Assembly: GCA_963794325.1 (NCBI GenBank)
Contig: CAWCDG010000004.1
Span: 960,001 to 1,024,000, forward strand
Direction: 5' to 3'
Length of the DNA: 64,000 bases
From: an uncultured delta proteobacterium
GTDB taxonomy: Bacteria > Desulfobacterota > Binatia > Binatales > Binataceae
A program made the position numbers and the translations under genes. Of this stretch, positions 32,017 to 41,250 are shown in pieces (positions within the stretch are counted from its first letter, which is position 1; every line of letters begins with the position of its first letter). The notes beneath the pieces were generated by a model, which was not told the origin of the DNA, did no database searches, and saw only the letters and a list, made by a program, of their open reading frames with translations.

Positions 32017-33513
32017 CTACTGCCTCAACCAATCGACGCTCTGCTCGTACGCATACGCGATCTTCAGGGGCGTCGCGTCCTGGAAATGCCGGCCGACGAT
32101 CATCAATCCGACCGGAAGTCCGTTCGATTTCGCGCACGGCACACTGATCGCCGGATGCCCGGTGATATCGAATGGAGCGGTGTTGGTAATCATCGAGTAG
32201 GGCGCCTGCGAGTCGAGGCGATGCGCCTTCATCGGCGTCGCGGGCATCACGAGCGCGTCGTACTCGGCGAGCGCAGCGTTGTATTTCGCGGTCAGCACAC
32301 GCCGATAGCTCTGCACCTTCGCATAATATTTTCCGTGATAGCGCTCGCGCATCAGCTGCCCGAAGACCAGCATGAACTTGACGGTGATCGCGAGATCGTT
32401 CGCTCTTTCGGGAAAGTGCTCACCGAAATGCGCAGCGAGTTCAGGCATGTACGCACCGGTGTGATGCGTCCCGTGCAGGTTGCTGTGTGCCAGCATCGCC
32501 ATTCCTTCGGGCACGATCGCATAGATTAAATCGGACGCATCGCGATGCGCGGGAATTGAAATCTCGGTCGCGCGCGCGCCAAGTTTGCCGAGCGCCGCGA
32601 CTGCGCGATTCACCGCCGCGTTTACGTCGGCTTCGGCGCCCGCATGCGTAAAGCCCTCGCGCACCACGCCTAGCTTGATGTTCTCGACAGACTTGCCGAG
32701 CGCCTCGCGATACGGCGCAGTCGTCACCTCGCGCTGTCGCGGATCGAGCTCGTCCTTGCCCGCGATCACCTCAAGCAGCAACGCAACGTCGCTCACGCTA
32801 CGAGCCATCGGTCCGACGTGATCGAGCGTCGGGTCGATACTCATCACGCCGGTGTAAGGCACCAGGCCGTAGGTCGGCTTGATTCCGACCACGCCCGACC
32901 ACGATGCGGGAATTCTGATCGAACCGCCCTGGTCGGTGCCGATAGTCAGATCGATATCGTCGTAGTAAAGCGCCGCCGCCGACCCGCATGACGAACCACC
33001 CGCGCAATATTCCGGATTGTGCGGATTGCGCGCCGGTCCGTAAAAGCTGGTGCGGCCGTCGCCGGACAGCGCGAAGTCGTCCATGTTCAGCGTCGCGACA
33101 ATTTCCGCGCCCGCATCGAGCATCCGCGCGACGATCGTCGCGTCGCTCGCGGCCACGTGGCCTTTCAGCACCGACGATCCGCCGCTCGCCGGAATTCCGG
33201 CGACGCACACGCTGTCCTTCACACCGACGCGCTTGCCCTTGAGCGGACCGGACGCCGCGCCCTTGACGCTACATTGCGTGACGATCGCGTTCAGCGGATC
33301 GTCCTTGGGCGCTGGGCGCGTGCCTGCTTTGCGATGGCGATAACGCGTCACTGATTCCTGCGGCGCAGTGGCAATCGCGTCGATCTTCTCGAGGATCGCC
33401 GCCTGCCCCGCCATCATTCCTTGCAGCGCGGTCAGTTCCGCAGCCGTCAGCTCGATGTGATTCGCGCGCGCGATTTTTTTCAATTCTTCAGCGCTGGGTA
33501 TTTCGAATGCCAT
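32017..33513 (-). CDS. Amidase signature family enzyme
   Basis: GVKD, GGSSCGS and GTDQGGSIRIPAS motifs. Confidence 0.93.
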   Translation of the reverse strand: MAFEIPSAEELKKIARANHIELTAAELTALQGMMAGQAAILEKIDAIATAPQESVTRYRHRKAGTRPAPKDDPLNAIVTQCSVKGAASGPLKGKRVGVKDSVCVAGIPASGGSSVLKGHVAASDATIVARMLDAGAEIVATLNMDDFALSGDGRTSFYGPARNPHNPEYCAGGSSCGSAAALYYDDIDLTIGTDQGGSIRIPASWSGVVGIKPTYGLVPYTGVMSIDPTLDHVGPMARSVSDVALLLEVIAGKDELDPRQREVTTAPYREALGKSVENIKLGVVREGFTHAGAEADVNAAVNRAVAALGKLGARATEISIPAHRDASDLIYAIVPEGMAMLAHSNLHGTHHTGAYMPELAAHFGEHFPERANDLAITVKFMLVFGQLMRERYHGKYYAKVQSYRRVLTAKYNAALAEYDALVMPATPMKAHRLDSQAPYSMITNTAPFDITGHPAISVPCAKSNGLPVGLMIVGRHFQDATPLKIAYAYEQSVDWLRQ

Positions 33514-33528
33514 CGTCGGAACCCTCTC

Positions 33529-34542
33529 TCAGGTGAAATATGGCAAAAGGTGCCGATGCGCGTCGTCCATTGTTTGCTGCGGAGGCACGCCCGGCACTTC
33601 GAAAAGCACCGGCGCCGTCACCCCGGCCTCGATCAGGCGCGACAGGTTCTCGCGGCATCGCGCGGGGCTGCCGGCAATCGTGAACGTATCGAGCATCTCG
33701 TCGGTCACCATATCAGTAGGTACTTTTCCGCGCGCGAAACTCTCACCAAATTTGAGGATCGTTTCGGGCGGTAAGCCAGCCGCCGCGAATATCGGCGTGT
33801 TCGGCTGCGGCGCCATCAGCGAGATCATAATCGCGACGATCGGGCGCAAACGATCGCGCGCTGCGCGCTCATCTTCCGAAATCGACGAAAAGATATACGC
33901 ACCGACGCTGAATGAGCGCTCGTCGCGGCCCGACTTCGCAAGTCCGCGCCGGACATGCTCCATCGCGAATTTCACATAGGCCGGCGACGACATCACGCTG
34001 AGCAGCAGACCGTCGGCGACTTCGCCCGCCATCTCGCAATTCTTCGGCCCGAGCACGCCGAGATGAATCGGAATCTCGGCACGCACCGGCTTGAAGCTCA
34101 ATTTGATTCGCTCGGTCTGAAACACTTTCCCCGCGTTGGTGACTTCTTCACCGTGAAAGAATCGCCGGATGATATCGATCGTCTCGCGCATGGCTAAGGT
34201 CGGCTTGCGGTATGGAATTTTCAGGCGCCCTTCGATCCAGTCTTTCAATCCAGCGCCGATTCCGAGAATCGCCCGGCCGTCCGATACTTCGTCGAGCGCG
34301 GCGAATTCCATCGCGGTCAACGCCGGATGTCGCAGATAGGGATTCACGATGCCGAGGCCAATCTTGATCTTCGACGTACCGCACGCGACTGCCGACGCCA
34401 CCGTGAATGCGCCGCGGTAGAATGGATCCTCGGGAATCCAAAACGTCCCGATGCCCAGTTCCTCGGCGTGCCTGGCGTGCGCGGCGAACTCGCGCGTGTG
34501 CAGATTTTCGAAACCGACTCCGAACTCGCGAACTTTGGCCAT
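33529..34542 (-). CDS. LLM class flavin/F420-dependent oxidoreductase (Mer-like)
   Basis: GIVNPYLRHPA, LDEVSDGRAILGIGAG and GEVADG motifs. Confidence 0.87.
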   Translation of the reverse strand: MAKVREFGVGFENLHTREFAAHARHAEELGIGTFWIPEDPFYRGAFTVASAVACGTSKIKIGLGIVNPYLRHPALTAMEFAALDEVSDGRAILGIGAGLKDWIEGRLKIPYRKPTLAMRETIDIIRRFFHGEEVTNAGKVFQTERIKLSFKPVRAEIPIHLGVLGPKNCEMAGEVADGLLLSVMSSPAYVKFAMEHVRRGLAKSGRDERSFSVGAYIFSSISEDERAARDRLRPIVAIMISLMAPQPNTPIFAAAGLPPETILKFGESFARGKVPTDMVTDEMLDTFTIAGSPARCRENLSRLIEAGVTAPVLFEVPGVPPQQTMDDAHRHLLPYFT

Positions 34543-34546
34543 CGTC

Positions 34547-35014
34547 TTAAGCCTCGTTCTCGAACGCCATTCGCGGGCCCTGCGCGCACCACGAAAAATG
34601 GCAATGCCACATCTTCCAGACCGGCTTGCCGTGTTCGTCCTCGCGCACGTACACCTCGGTGCTGCGGAACTTGCCGCTGCCCGGCAGCGGCTGGCCGTCG
34701 GCGAGCGTGATAGTGAACGGCGCGTTGCACGAGAGCCATCCCATTTCGCCGCGGACTCGCACGCGCAGGTCTTCGTCCTCGCCGAGCGTCGCTTTCGCTT
34801 TGAACCTGGCGAGCCACTCCCACAGCGTCGCCCACTCTTCGATTCCGTCGTACGAAAAGCCGTTGAGGTTCCATCCGAAGAACCTGTCGCCGCCTACGAA
34901 CGCATCGCGCATCATCGGGATACTGCCCGTGCGATTCGCCTTCACCCAAATATTGTGCAGCCGCACGATCTCGTCGATATCCTTCTGCGGGCCTTCTCCG
35001 CGAATCTCCGTCAT
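34547..35014 (-). CDS. NTF2/SnoaL-like protein
   Basis: RSTEVY...WKMWHCHFS C-terminal pattern. Confidence 0.75.
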   Translation of the reverse strand: MTEIRGEGPQKDIDEIVRLHNIWVKANRTGSIPMMRDAFVGGDRFFGWNLNGFSYDGIEEWATLWEWLARFKAKATLGEDEDLRVRVRGEMGWLSCNAPFTITLADGQPLPGSGKFRSTEVYVREDEHGKPVWKMWHCHFSWCAQGPRMAFENEA

Positions 35015-35147
35015 CGCGATTCCTCCGTTGCGCTCGTTCGTACGCGACTAGCTATAGCCCAGTTCGCGCCAAATGTTCATGCTTGGCGAATTTCAGAAAA
35101 TCGGACTAAGTTGGCATCGAGAAGGACAAGGACAGGAGGATCGAGCT

Positions 35148-36008
35148 ATGAACCAGTTCAACGTCGGCGACGTCAAGATAACCCGGATTATCGAGAGCGA
35201 GTCGCCATGGCCCGGCACCTTCATCATGCCCGACGCCATTCCCGAGAACGTCAAGAAGGAAGCGGACTGGCTCTATCCGATTTTCTCAGACGAGAAGGGC
35301 AAGCTCCGCATGAGCATCCACGCACTGGTGATCGAATCGAAGGGCAAGCGCATCATCGTCGATACCTGCATCGGCAACGACAAGGTCCGCTCGAATCCGG
35401 TGTGGAGCAATCTCAAGCTGCCGTTCCTCAGCGATCTGGAAAAAGCGGGACACAGTGCCGACCAGATCGATCGCGTCGTCTGCACTCATCTGCACGTCGA
35501 TCACGTTGGATGGAACACCACGCTCAAAAACGGCAAGTGGGTGCCGACGTTCCCCAACGCGCGCTATCTGATTGGCGGCACCGAATGGGATTTCTGGTCG
35601 ACCTTCGACGGCAAGGACATGCGCGATCCGGTCGAGGATTCGGTGCGGCCGGTGGTCGAGGCGGGCGTTGCCGACCTGATCGATTCGAACTTTCGCATCA
35701 CCGACGAAGTATGGCTCGAGCCGTCGCCCGGACACACCCCGGGGCATCACAGCGTGCGGATTTCGTCGAAGGGACAGGACGCGGTCATCACCGGCGACCT
35801 GATGCATCATCCGATTCAGTGCAAATACCCGGAATGGGACGACGGTTTCGATTCCGACGGCGCGATGGCGAAGAAGACGCGGCGCGCGTTCTGCGAGAAA
35901 TACGCCGACACCAACGTCGTCGTGTTCGGGACGCATTTCGCGACGCCGTCGGCGGGAAATATTTCGAAGAAGGGCGACTCCTTCACGTTCACGGCGGTCA
36001 AACAATAA
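35148..36008 (+). CDS. MBL-fold metallo-hydrolase
   Basis: THLHVDHVGWN, PGHTPGH and GDLMHH motifs; AGGAGG SD. Confidence 0.92.
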   Translation: MNQFNVGDVKITRIIESESPWPGTFIMPDAIPENVKKEADWLYPIFSDEKGKLRMSIHALVIESKGKRIIVDTCIGNDKVRSNPVWSNLKLPFLSDLEKAGHSADQIDRVVCTHLHVDHVGWNTTLKNGKWVPTFPNARYLIGGTEWDFWSTFDGKDMRDPVEDSVRPVVEAGVADLIDSNFRITDEVWLEPSPGHTPGHHSVRISSKGQDAVITGDLMHHPIQCKYPEWDDGFDSDGAMAKKTRRAFCEKYADTNVVVFGTHFATPSAGNISKKGDSFTFTAVKQ

Positions 36009-36014
36009 AGCGTC

Positions 36015-36683
36015 ATGGGCGACGTCGCGCTTTCATTCGACAACGGGCCCGATCCGGCGGTGACGCCGATTGTGCTCGACGTGCTCGCGCGTCGCGGGGT
36101 AAAAGCGTCGTTCTTCGTCGTTGGCAAGAATCTCGCGTCACCTGATCGGATGAAGCTGGCGCAGCGTGCGGCCGCCGAGGGGCATCGAATCGGCAATCAC
36201 TCGTACACGCATCGCATCCCGCTCGGCGACGATCGGAACCCTGATGCGGCCGATTCGGAAATCGCAAAGACCGAACAGTTGATCGGCGCGCTGGCTGAAA
36301 CACCTAAACTGTTTCGGCCGTTCGGCGGCGGCGGAAAGATCGGACCGCATCTGCTGAGCCGCGCCGCCGTCGATCACCTGGTCGCCAACCGCTACACCTG
36401 CGTGTTGTGGAATTGCGTGCCGGAGGATTGGATTGATCAGGATGCGTGGGTTGATCGCGCGCTTCAAACTGCCTCGACGCAGCCGCACACGCTGGTCGTC
36501 ATGCACGACATCCTCCCGCGCGCGATGAGCCATCTCGATCGCTTCATCGGCGCGCTGGTGGACGCGGGACATCGCATGACCAACGAGTTCCCCGCCGAAT
36601 GTATTCCGATCGAGCAGGGCGACATCATCCGCGACATCTCCGGCTTCGTGTCGTCGCCTCGCGCGTCCGCCGAGGAAGGGTAA
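36015..36683 (+). CDS. Polysaccharide deacetylase (NodB-like)
   Basis: LSFDNGP, GNHSYTH, FRPFGG and MHD motifs. Confidence 0.88.
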   Translation: MGDVALSFDNGPDPAVTPIVLDVLARRGVKASFFVVGKNLASPDRMKLAQRAAAEGHRIGNHSYTHRIPLGDDRNPDAADSEIAKTEQLIGALAETPKLFRPFGGGGKIGPHLLSRAAVDHLVANRYTCVLWNCVPEDWIDQDAWVDRALQTASTQPHTLVVMHDILPRAMSHLDRFIGALVDAGHRMTNEFPAECIPIEQGDIIRDISGFVSSPRASAEEG

Positions 36684-36692
36684 ATCACTTTA

Positions 36693-36797
36693 TTTAATGT
36701 GAAACCCTCCGCGGGTTTCACGCTTCCGCGGCAGGGGTGACCCCTGCCCCCAGTGAGAAGCACGAAATGTTGAGGACAACCTTTCGCTCTCAGGTTC
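36693..36797. repeat. Family B modular repeat (inverted copy of 60484-60595)
   Basis: TGAAACCC..GGGTTTCA, GGCAGGGGTGACCCCTGCC and a GAAATGTTGAGGACAACCTTTCGCTCTCAGGTTC module. Confidence 0.88.
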
Positions 36798-36805
36798 TGG
36801 GTTTT

Positions 36806-36882
36806 GGTGGCACAGGCTTTAGCCTGTGATTTTCTGTTCCGCGCAAATCCAGGAAAGAATCACAGGCTTAAGCCTGTGCCAC
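36806..36882. repeat. REP doublet (REPIN-like), family C
   Basis: GTGGCACAGGCTTTAGCCTGTG...CACAGGCTTAAGCCTGTGCCAC; near-identical copy at 57808-57884. Confidence 0.9.
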
Positions 36883-36984
36883 TAAGAATCCCGACTACTG
36901 AGTACTCGTAGGGTCCCTGCTAGAACTTGGTAGCAGAAATAATTTGTCTTTGCGCGCGTTAATCTGTTTGGTACGCTTGTAGAT

Positions 36985-37476
36985 ATGAGTATGCATCTCC
37001 GCGCGCGCCGCTCGGTGGTTTCCGCGATTCTCAGTGCGATTGTTTTGTCGGTCACTGCGTCCGCCTTCGCGTTCGACATCGGGTCCCTGCTCAACAACAA
37101 GCCCAAAGAGCCGGATAAGTTCGCGATCATCCGGGTCGACAACCTTGCTTCGCTGATGAACGATCCGAACTCGCACGTAAATATCTATGACGCGAACGGA
37201 TGGGGCCTGCGTTCGACGGCCGGCGTGATTCCCGGCGCACACCTTCTCACCAGCGACGACAAGTACGACGTCGCAAAAGAGTTGCCCGCCGAAAAAAACG
37301 CCAAGCTCGTCTTCTACTGCGCCGATTTGCATTGAACGGCGTCGCATGAAGCCGCCCGGCGGGCGGAAGCAGCAGGTTACACCGACGTGAGCGTGATGAG
37401 CGACGGTATCGAAGGCTGGAAGCAAGCCGGCAAGCCAGTGGACTACCCGAAGCTCGAAGAATCGAAGAGCAGCTAG
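36985..37476 (+). CDS. Exported rhodanese-domain selenoprotein (UGA=Sec at 37333-37335, CxxxxU)
   Basis: Signal peptide (ASAFA), IPGA and LVFYCADLH-UGA-TASHEAARRAEAAGYTDVSVMSDGIEGWKQAGKPV; the rhodanese C-terminus continues in frame after the UGA up to TAG at 37474-37476. Confidence 0.8.
37352..37366 (+). promoter_or_regulatory. Candidate bacterial SECIS hairpin
   Basis: CCGCCC-GGC-GGGCGG; G-first apical loop starts 23 nt after the UGA. Confidence 0.6.
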
Positions 37477-37557
37477 AGTCTCCGCGAAATGCTGGCCCGT
37501 TTGTTCCGGGGCGGTTTGTAACATCTTGATCGGTAAGCAGGCATTGGAGATACGGCA

Positions 37558-38664
37558 ATGCCAACTGACGCGACCCCATCGACGGAAAATCAACCAGCTC
37601 CCCTGAGCGCATCCAGCACACTGGCGCGATTGGCGGGCGTCGGCGCTATCCTCCTGGCTGTCGTCGCCGGTTTTCTCTATTTGGGAGGCTGGTTCAATCC
37701 GCATGAACTAACACCTGCGCGGTTCGTCGACGGTTTTGAAGAGGTTTTCGGAATCCATTCCGGTTTCCGCCGCAATCATGCCAAAGGCCTGTGCGTCGGA
37801 GGTTTTTTCGATAGCAATGGCAATGGAACGCGCCTCTCGAAGGCCGCTCTGTTCCCGACCGGCCGCGTGCCGGTCATCGGCCGCTTCTCGCTCGGCGGCG
37901 GCAATCCCGATGTTGGCGATACTCCCGACGCGATCCGTGGCTTCGGACTTCTTTTTCGCCTGGACGACGGCGAACAGTGGCGGACGGCGATGATCAATCG
38001 TCCGGTATTTCCGTTCAACACCCCGCAGGCCTTTTACGGCAACTTGATTGCTTCGAAACCCGACCCCAACACGCATAAACCTGATCCCGAAAAAATGGCG
38101 GCGTTCGCGGCCAGCAATCCCGAATTTGTGCAGGCGGTAAAAATCATTCAAAGCCATCCGGCGTCGTCCGGTTTCGACAACAGCACTTTCAACGGCCTCA
38201 ATGCGTTCCATTTCATCAACGCGGCCGACGTCTCGACGCCGGTTCGATGGTCGATGGTGCCGATGGATGCGTTTAAGCCTGAAGACCCGGCTCAATCCGC
38301 CAATCCCAACAAGAATTATCTCTTCGACGATTTCATCGCACGGATTCATAGTGGGCCCGTGCAGTGGCGGCTAGTCCTCACGGTTGGGCAACCCGGCGAC
38401 CCTACCGACGATGCGACGATCCCATGGCCGGAAGATCGGCTGCAGGTCGACGCCGGTACGCTGACCCTCGACCAGGTTGAGCCCGAGGCGCCTGGAAACT
38501 GTCGCGACATCAACTTCGATCCATTGGTGTTGCCGGTCGGCATTGCACCGTCCGACGATCCTTTGCTCAGCGCTAGATCTGCAGTTTATTCGCAATCGTT
38601 TACCAGACGCGCGGGCGAGACCAAGGAGCCGAGCGCGATCACGCCTTCGGACGTGCAAAAGTGA
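37558..38664 (+). CDS. SrpA-type catalase-related peroxidase with N-terminal membrane anchor
   Basis: RRNHAKG, GRFS, FDPLVLP and ARSAVYSQS (heme Tyr) motifs. Confidence 0.9.
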   Translation: MPTDATPSTENQPAPLSASSTLARLAGVGAILLAVVAGFLYLGGWFNPHELTPARFVDGFEEVFGIHSGFRRNHAKGLCVGGFFDSNGNGTRLSKAALFPTGRVPVIGRFSLGGGNPDVGDTPDAIRGFGLLFRLDDGEQWRTAMINRPVFPFNTPQAFYGNLIASKPDPNTHKPDPEKMAAFAASNPEFVQAVKIIQSHPASSGFDNSTFNGLNAFHFINAADVSTPVRWSMVPMDAFKPEDPAQSANPNKNYLFDDFIARIHSGPVQWRLVLTVGQPGDPTDDATIPWPEDRLQVDAGTLTLDQVEPEAPGNCRDINFDPLVLPVGIAPSDDPLLSARSAVYSQSFTRRAGETKEPSAITPSDVQK

Positions 38665-39218
38665 GCGTCAGGATGACGACGAACCCGCAGCAATTCCCGG
38701 TTTCCATGCGGATTCTTCACTGGCTGATGGCGGCGATGGTGCTGATCATGCTCGGCATCGGTGTAGCCATGGTGGCGTCACTCGCCGATTACCATCGGCT
38801 GGTAGCAATCCATCGCCCGGTGGGGATCCTGATCCTGATTTTAGTGATGATCCGGTTCGTGAACCGGCGCTTCAGCACCCTGCCCCCTTTTCCTGCGTCG
38901 ATGTCATCTCAGGAGCGCTTCATTGCACACGCGTCGGAAATATTGCTGTACACATTGCTGTTGGTGCAGCCTCTGGTCGGCTGGGGGATGTTATCCGCGG
39001 CGCGCTTTCCGATCGTCCTGTATGGGCCGCTGCATCTTTTCCCCATCCTTCCGCATAGCGTGATGTTGTACGCGGTATTGCGGAAGGCGCACACGATTCT
39101 CGCCTACCTCTTATTCCTCACGTTCATCGCCCATTTTGGAGCTGTACTGTTTCACACGCTGGTCTTGCGGGATCGGTTGTTCAGCCGCATGGCGCCTTAT
39201 AGGGTCCCCGCGCGCTAG
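38661..39218 (+). CDS. Cytochrome b561 (YceJ-like)
   Basis: RILHWLMA and conserved His residues in 4 TM helices; overlaps the catalase stop. Confidence 0.88.
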   Translation: MSVRMTTNPQQFPVSMRILHWLMAAMVLIMLGIGVAMVASLADYHRLVAIHRPVGILILILVMIRFVNRRFSTLPPFPASMSSQERFIAHASEILLYTLLLVQPLVGWGMLSAARFPIVLYGPLHLFPILPHSVMLYAVLRKAHTILAYLLFLTFIAHFGAVLFHTLVLRDRLFSRMAPYRVPAR

Positions 39219-39384
39219 CGAGTTTCTGCAATACGGCACTCTACTCACTGTCGATGGCAACCGCGCATCAAAGCTTTGCGGGACTAATACTCTCCTTCAA
39301 GGTTCGAATCTCGGCAAATAGAATTGAGTCGCCCGCTTCGGGACTCCTCGCGCCGGCCGCAGCTTGATGCCATATAGTGTCGGC

Positions 39385-41172
39385 GTGCCGCGCGATACTG
39401 CTATCTCAGAATCCAATCCAACTCTGCGCGAGCTGACGCCGCGGAGTATCGCGCTCGGCATCGCGCTCGCGCTGATTCTCGGCGCGGCGAATGCTTACCT
39501 CGGCCTGTATGCGGGCCTGACCGTGTCCGCAAGCATCCCGGCCGCTGTTATCTCGATGGCGATACTGCGGATTCTCGGCGGCTCGACCATCCTCGAGAAC
39601 AACGTCGTGCAGACAATTGCGTCGGCAGGCGAGGCGGTCGCAGCGGGCGCGATTTTCACGTTCCCGGCGCTGCTGATTCTTGGCGGCGTCCGGACGCTGC
39701 CGTACGTCGAAGTGACGGCGCTGTGCGTCGTCGGCGCGACGATGGGCTCGTTGCTCGTCGTGTTCCTGCGCCGCGCGTATATCGTCGAGGAACGGCTGCC
39801 GTTTCCCGAAGGCGTCGCCTGCGCCGAGGTCCTTCGCGCCGGCGATGCACAAGCGAATGTTCGTCCGCTGGTAGTCGGCGGATTAATTTCGGCGGCTCTC
39901 AAAGCGCTTCAGGACGTCGCGGGAATTATTCCCGGTGCGGTGTCAGGCGCGCGATGGATCGGCAGCGCGGCGGTCGCGGGGTCGCTCGACATTTCGGCGG
40001 CGCTGCTCGGCGTCGGCTACATAATAGGAATCAGGATCGCGGCGCTGGTATTCGCCGGCGGCGCATTCGCGTGGCTGGTCGCGATTCCTGCGCTCACCGC
40101 ATTTCACGTTGGCGGAACGGGCGACGCCGCGACGACTGCGCAGCAACTTTGGAGCGGGCAGGTGCGGTATCTCGGCGTCGGCGCGATGCTGACCGGCGGA
40201 GTCGTGACGCTATGGAAGTTGCGCACGCGCATCGCGTCGGCGATCGCCGACAGCGTGCGCATCGTGCGCTCGACCCAGACCGTCGCAACCGCGCGCGAGG
40301 ACACCGACCTTTCGGCCCGAGCGGTGCTGACCGCGGTCGCGCTTTGCGTGCCGGTAATCTTCGCCATCTGCCTGGGGCTCAGCGGGAATGTGGCACTGAG
40401 CGCGGCGCTCGCGATCCTGCTGACGCTGATCTGTTTCTTCGCGACGGCGATCGCCGGGTACCTGACCGGAATAGTCGGCGCGTCGAACAATCCGGTGTCG
40501 GGCGTGACCGTGATCGTATTGCTCGCCGTCGCGCTATTTCTCAAATTGGTCGGCGTATCGCAAAGCGTCGGGCCGCAACTGGCGATTCTCTCCGGCGCGA
40601 TCGTGTGCACGGCGGCTGCGATGGCGGGTGATTCGACGCATGACCTCGCGACCGGATATCACGTCGGGGCGACGCCGCGCTCGCTCGAAATCGGCGTGCT
40701 GATTGGCGCGATCGCGTCGTCATTCGTGATGGCGCCGATTCTGAACCTGCTGATCGCCGGCTACGGAATCGCGGGCACTCCGACCGCGCGGGCCGGCGCG
40801 CTCGCCGCTCCGCAAGCATTCCTGATGGCGAAAGTGACGCAGGGAGTTTTCCACGGCGGATTGCCGCTCGGAACGATCGCAACCGGCGCAGCTCTCGCGG
40901 CGATTCTCGGCTTCATCGATCGCTACCTCGAACAAATCGGAGCGAAGTGGCGCACGCCTATCATGCCCGCCGCGATCGGTCTCTACCTTCCGTTCGGACT
41001 GAGCGTAACGATTTTTATAGGCGCGCTCGCGCATTCGCTGTTCGGACCCGACGAGCACGCCGAGAGCGGACCGGGCATCCTGCTCGCAGCCGGTCTGGTA
41101 GCCGGCGAGGCCCTGATGGGCGTCGCCAGCGGAGCAATGGTCACGGCGGGAATCAAGCTCCCGATTTTCTGA
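39385..41172 (+). CDS. OPT family oligopeptide transporter
   Basis: YLGLYAGLTVSASIPAAV, LPFPEGVAC, NNPVSG and APQAFLM motifs; start uncertain. Confidence 0.9.
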   Translation: MPRDTAISESNPTLRELTPRSIALGIALALILGAANAYLGLYAGLTVSASIPAAVISMAILRILGGSTILENNVVQTIASAGEAVAAGAIFTFPALLILGGVRTLPYVEVTALCVVGATMGSLLVVFLRRAYIVEERLPFPEGVACAEVLRAGDAQANVRPLVVGGLISAALKALQDVAGIIPGAVSGARWIGSAAVAGSLDISAALLGVGYIIGIRIAALVFAGGAFAWLVAIPALTAFHVGGTGDAATTAQQLWSGQVRYLGVGAMLTGGVVTLWKLRTRIASAIADSVRIVRSTQTVATAREDTDLSARAVLTAVALCVPVIFAICLGLSGNVALSAALAILLTLICFFATAIAGYLTGIVGASNNPVSGVTVIVLLAVALFLKLVGVSQSVGPQLAILSGAIVCTAAAMAGDSTHDLATGYHVGATPRSLEIGVLIGAIASSFVMAPILNLLIAGYGIAGTPTARAGALAAPQAFLMAKVTQGVFHGGLPLGTIATGAALAAILGFIDRYLEQIGAKWRTPIMPAAIGLYLPFGLSVTIFIGALAHSLFGPDEHAESGPGILLAAGLVAGEALMGVASGAMVTAGIKLPIF

Positions 41173-41250
41173 TCTGACGTAGTCGCGCGCGAGATTGCGA
41201 ATACGCAATATCCAGGCGCATAGTAACATTTGTCTATCGATCGTTAGGCT

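Noticed and set aside
36985-37335. Truncated rhodanese pseudogene (116 aa)
   Set aside because: The intact in-frame C-terminal half, the UGA position in the active-site loop and the SECIS-like hairpin favour Sec recoding.
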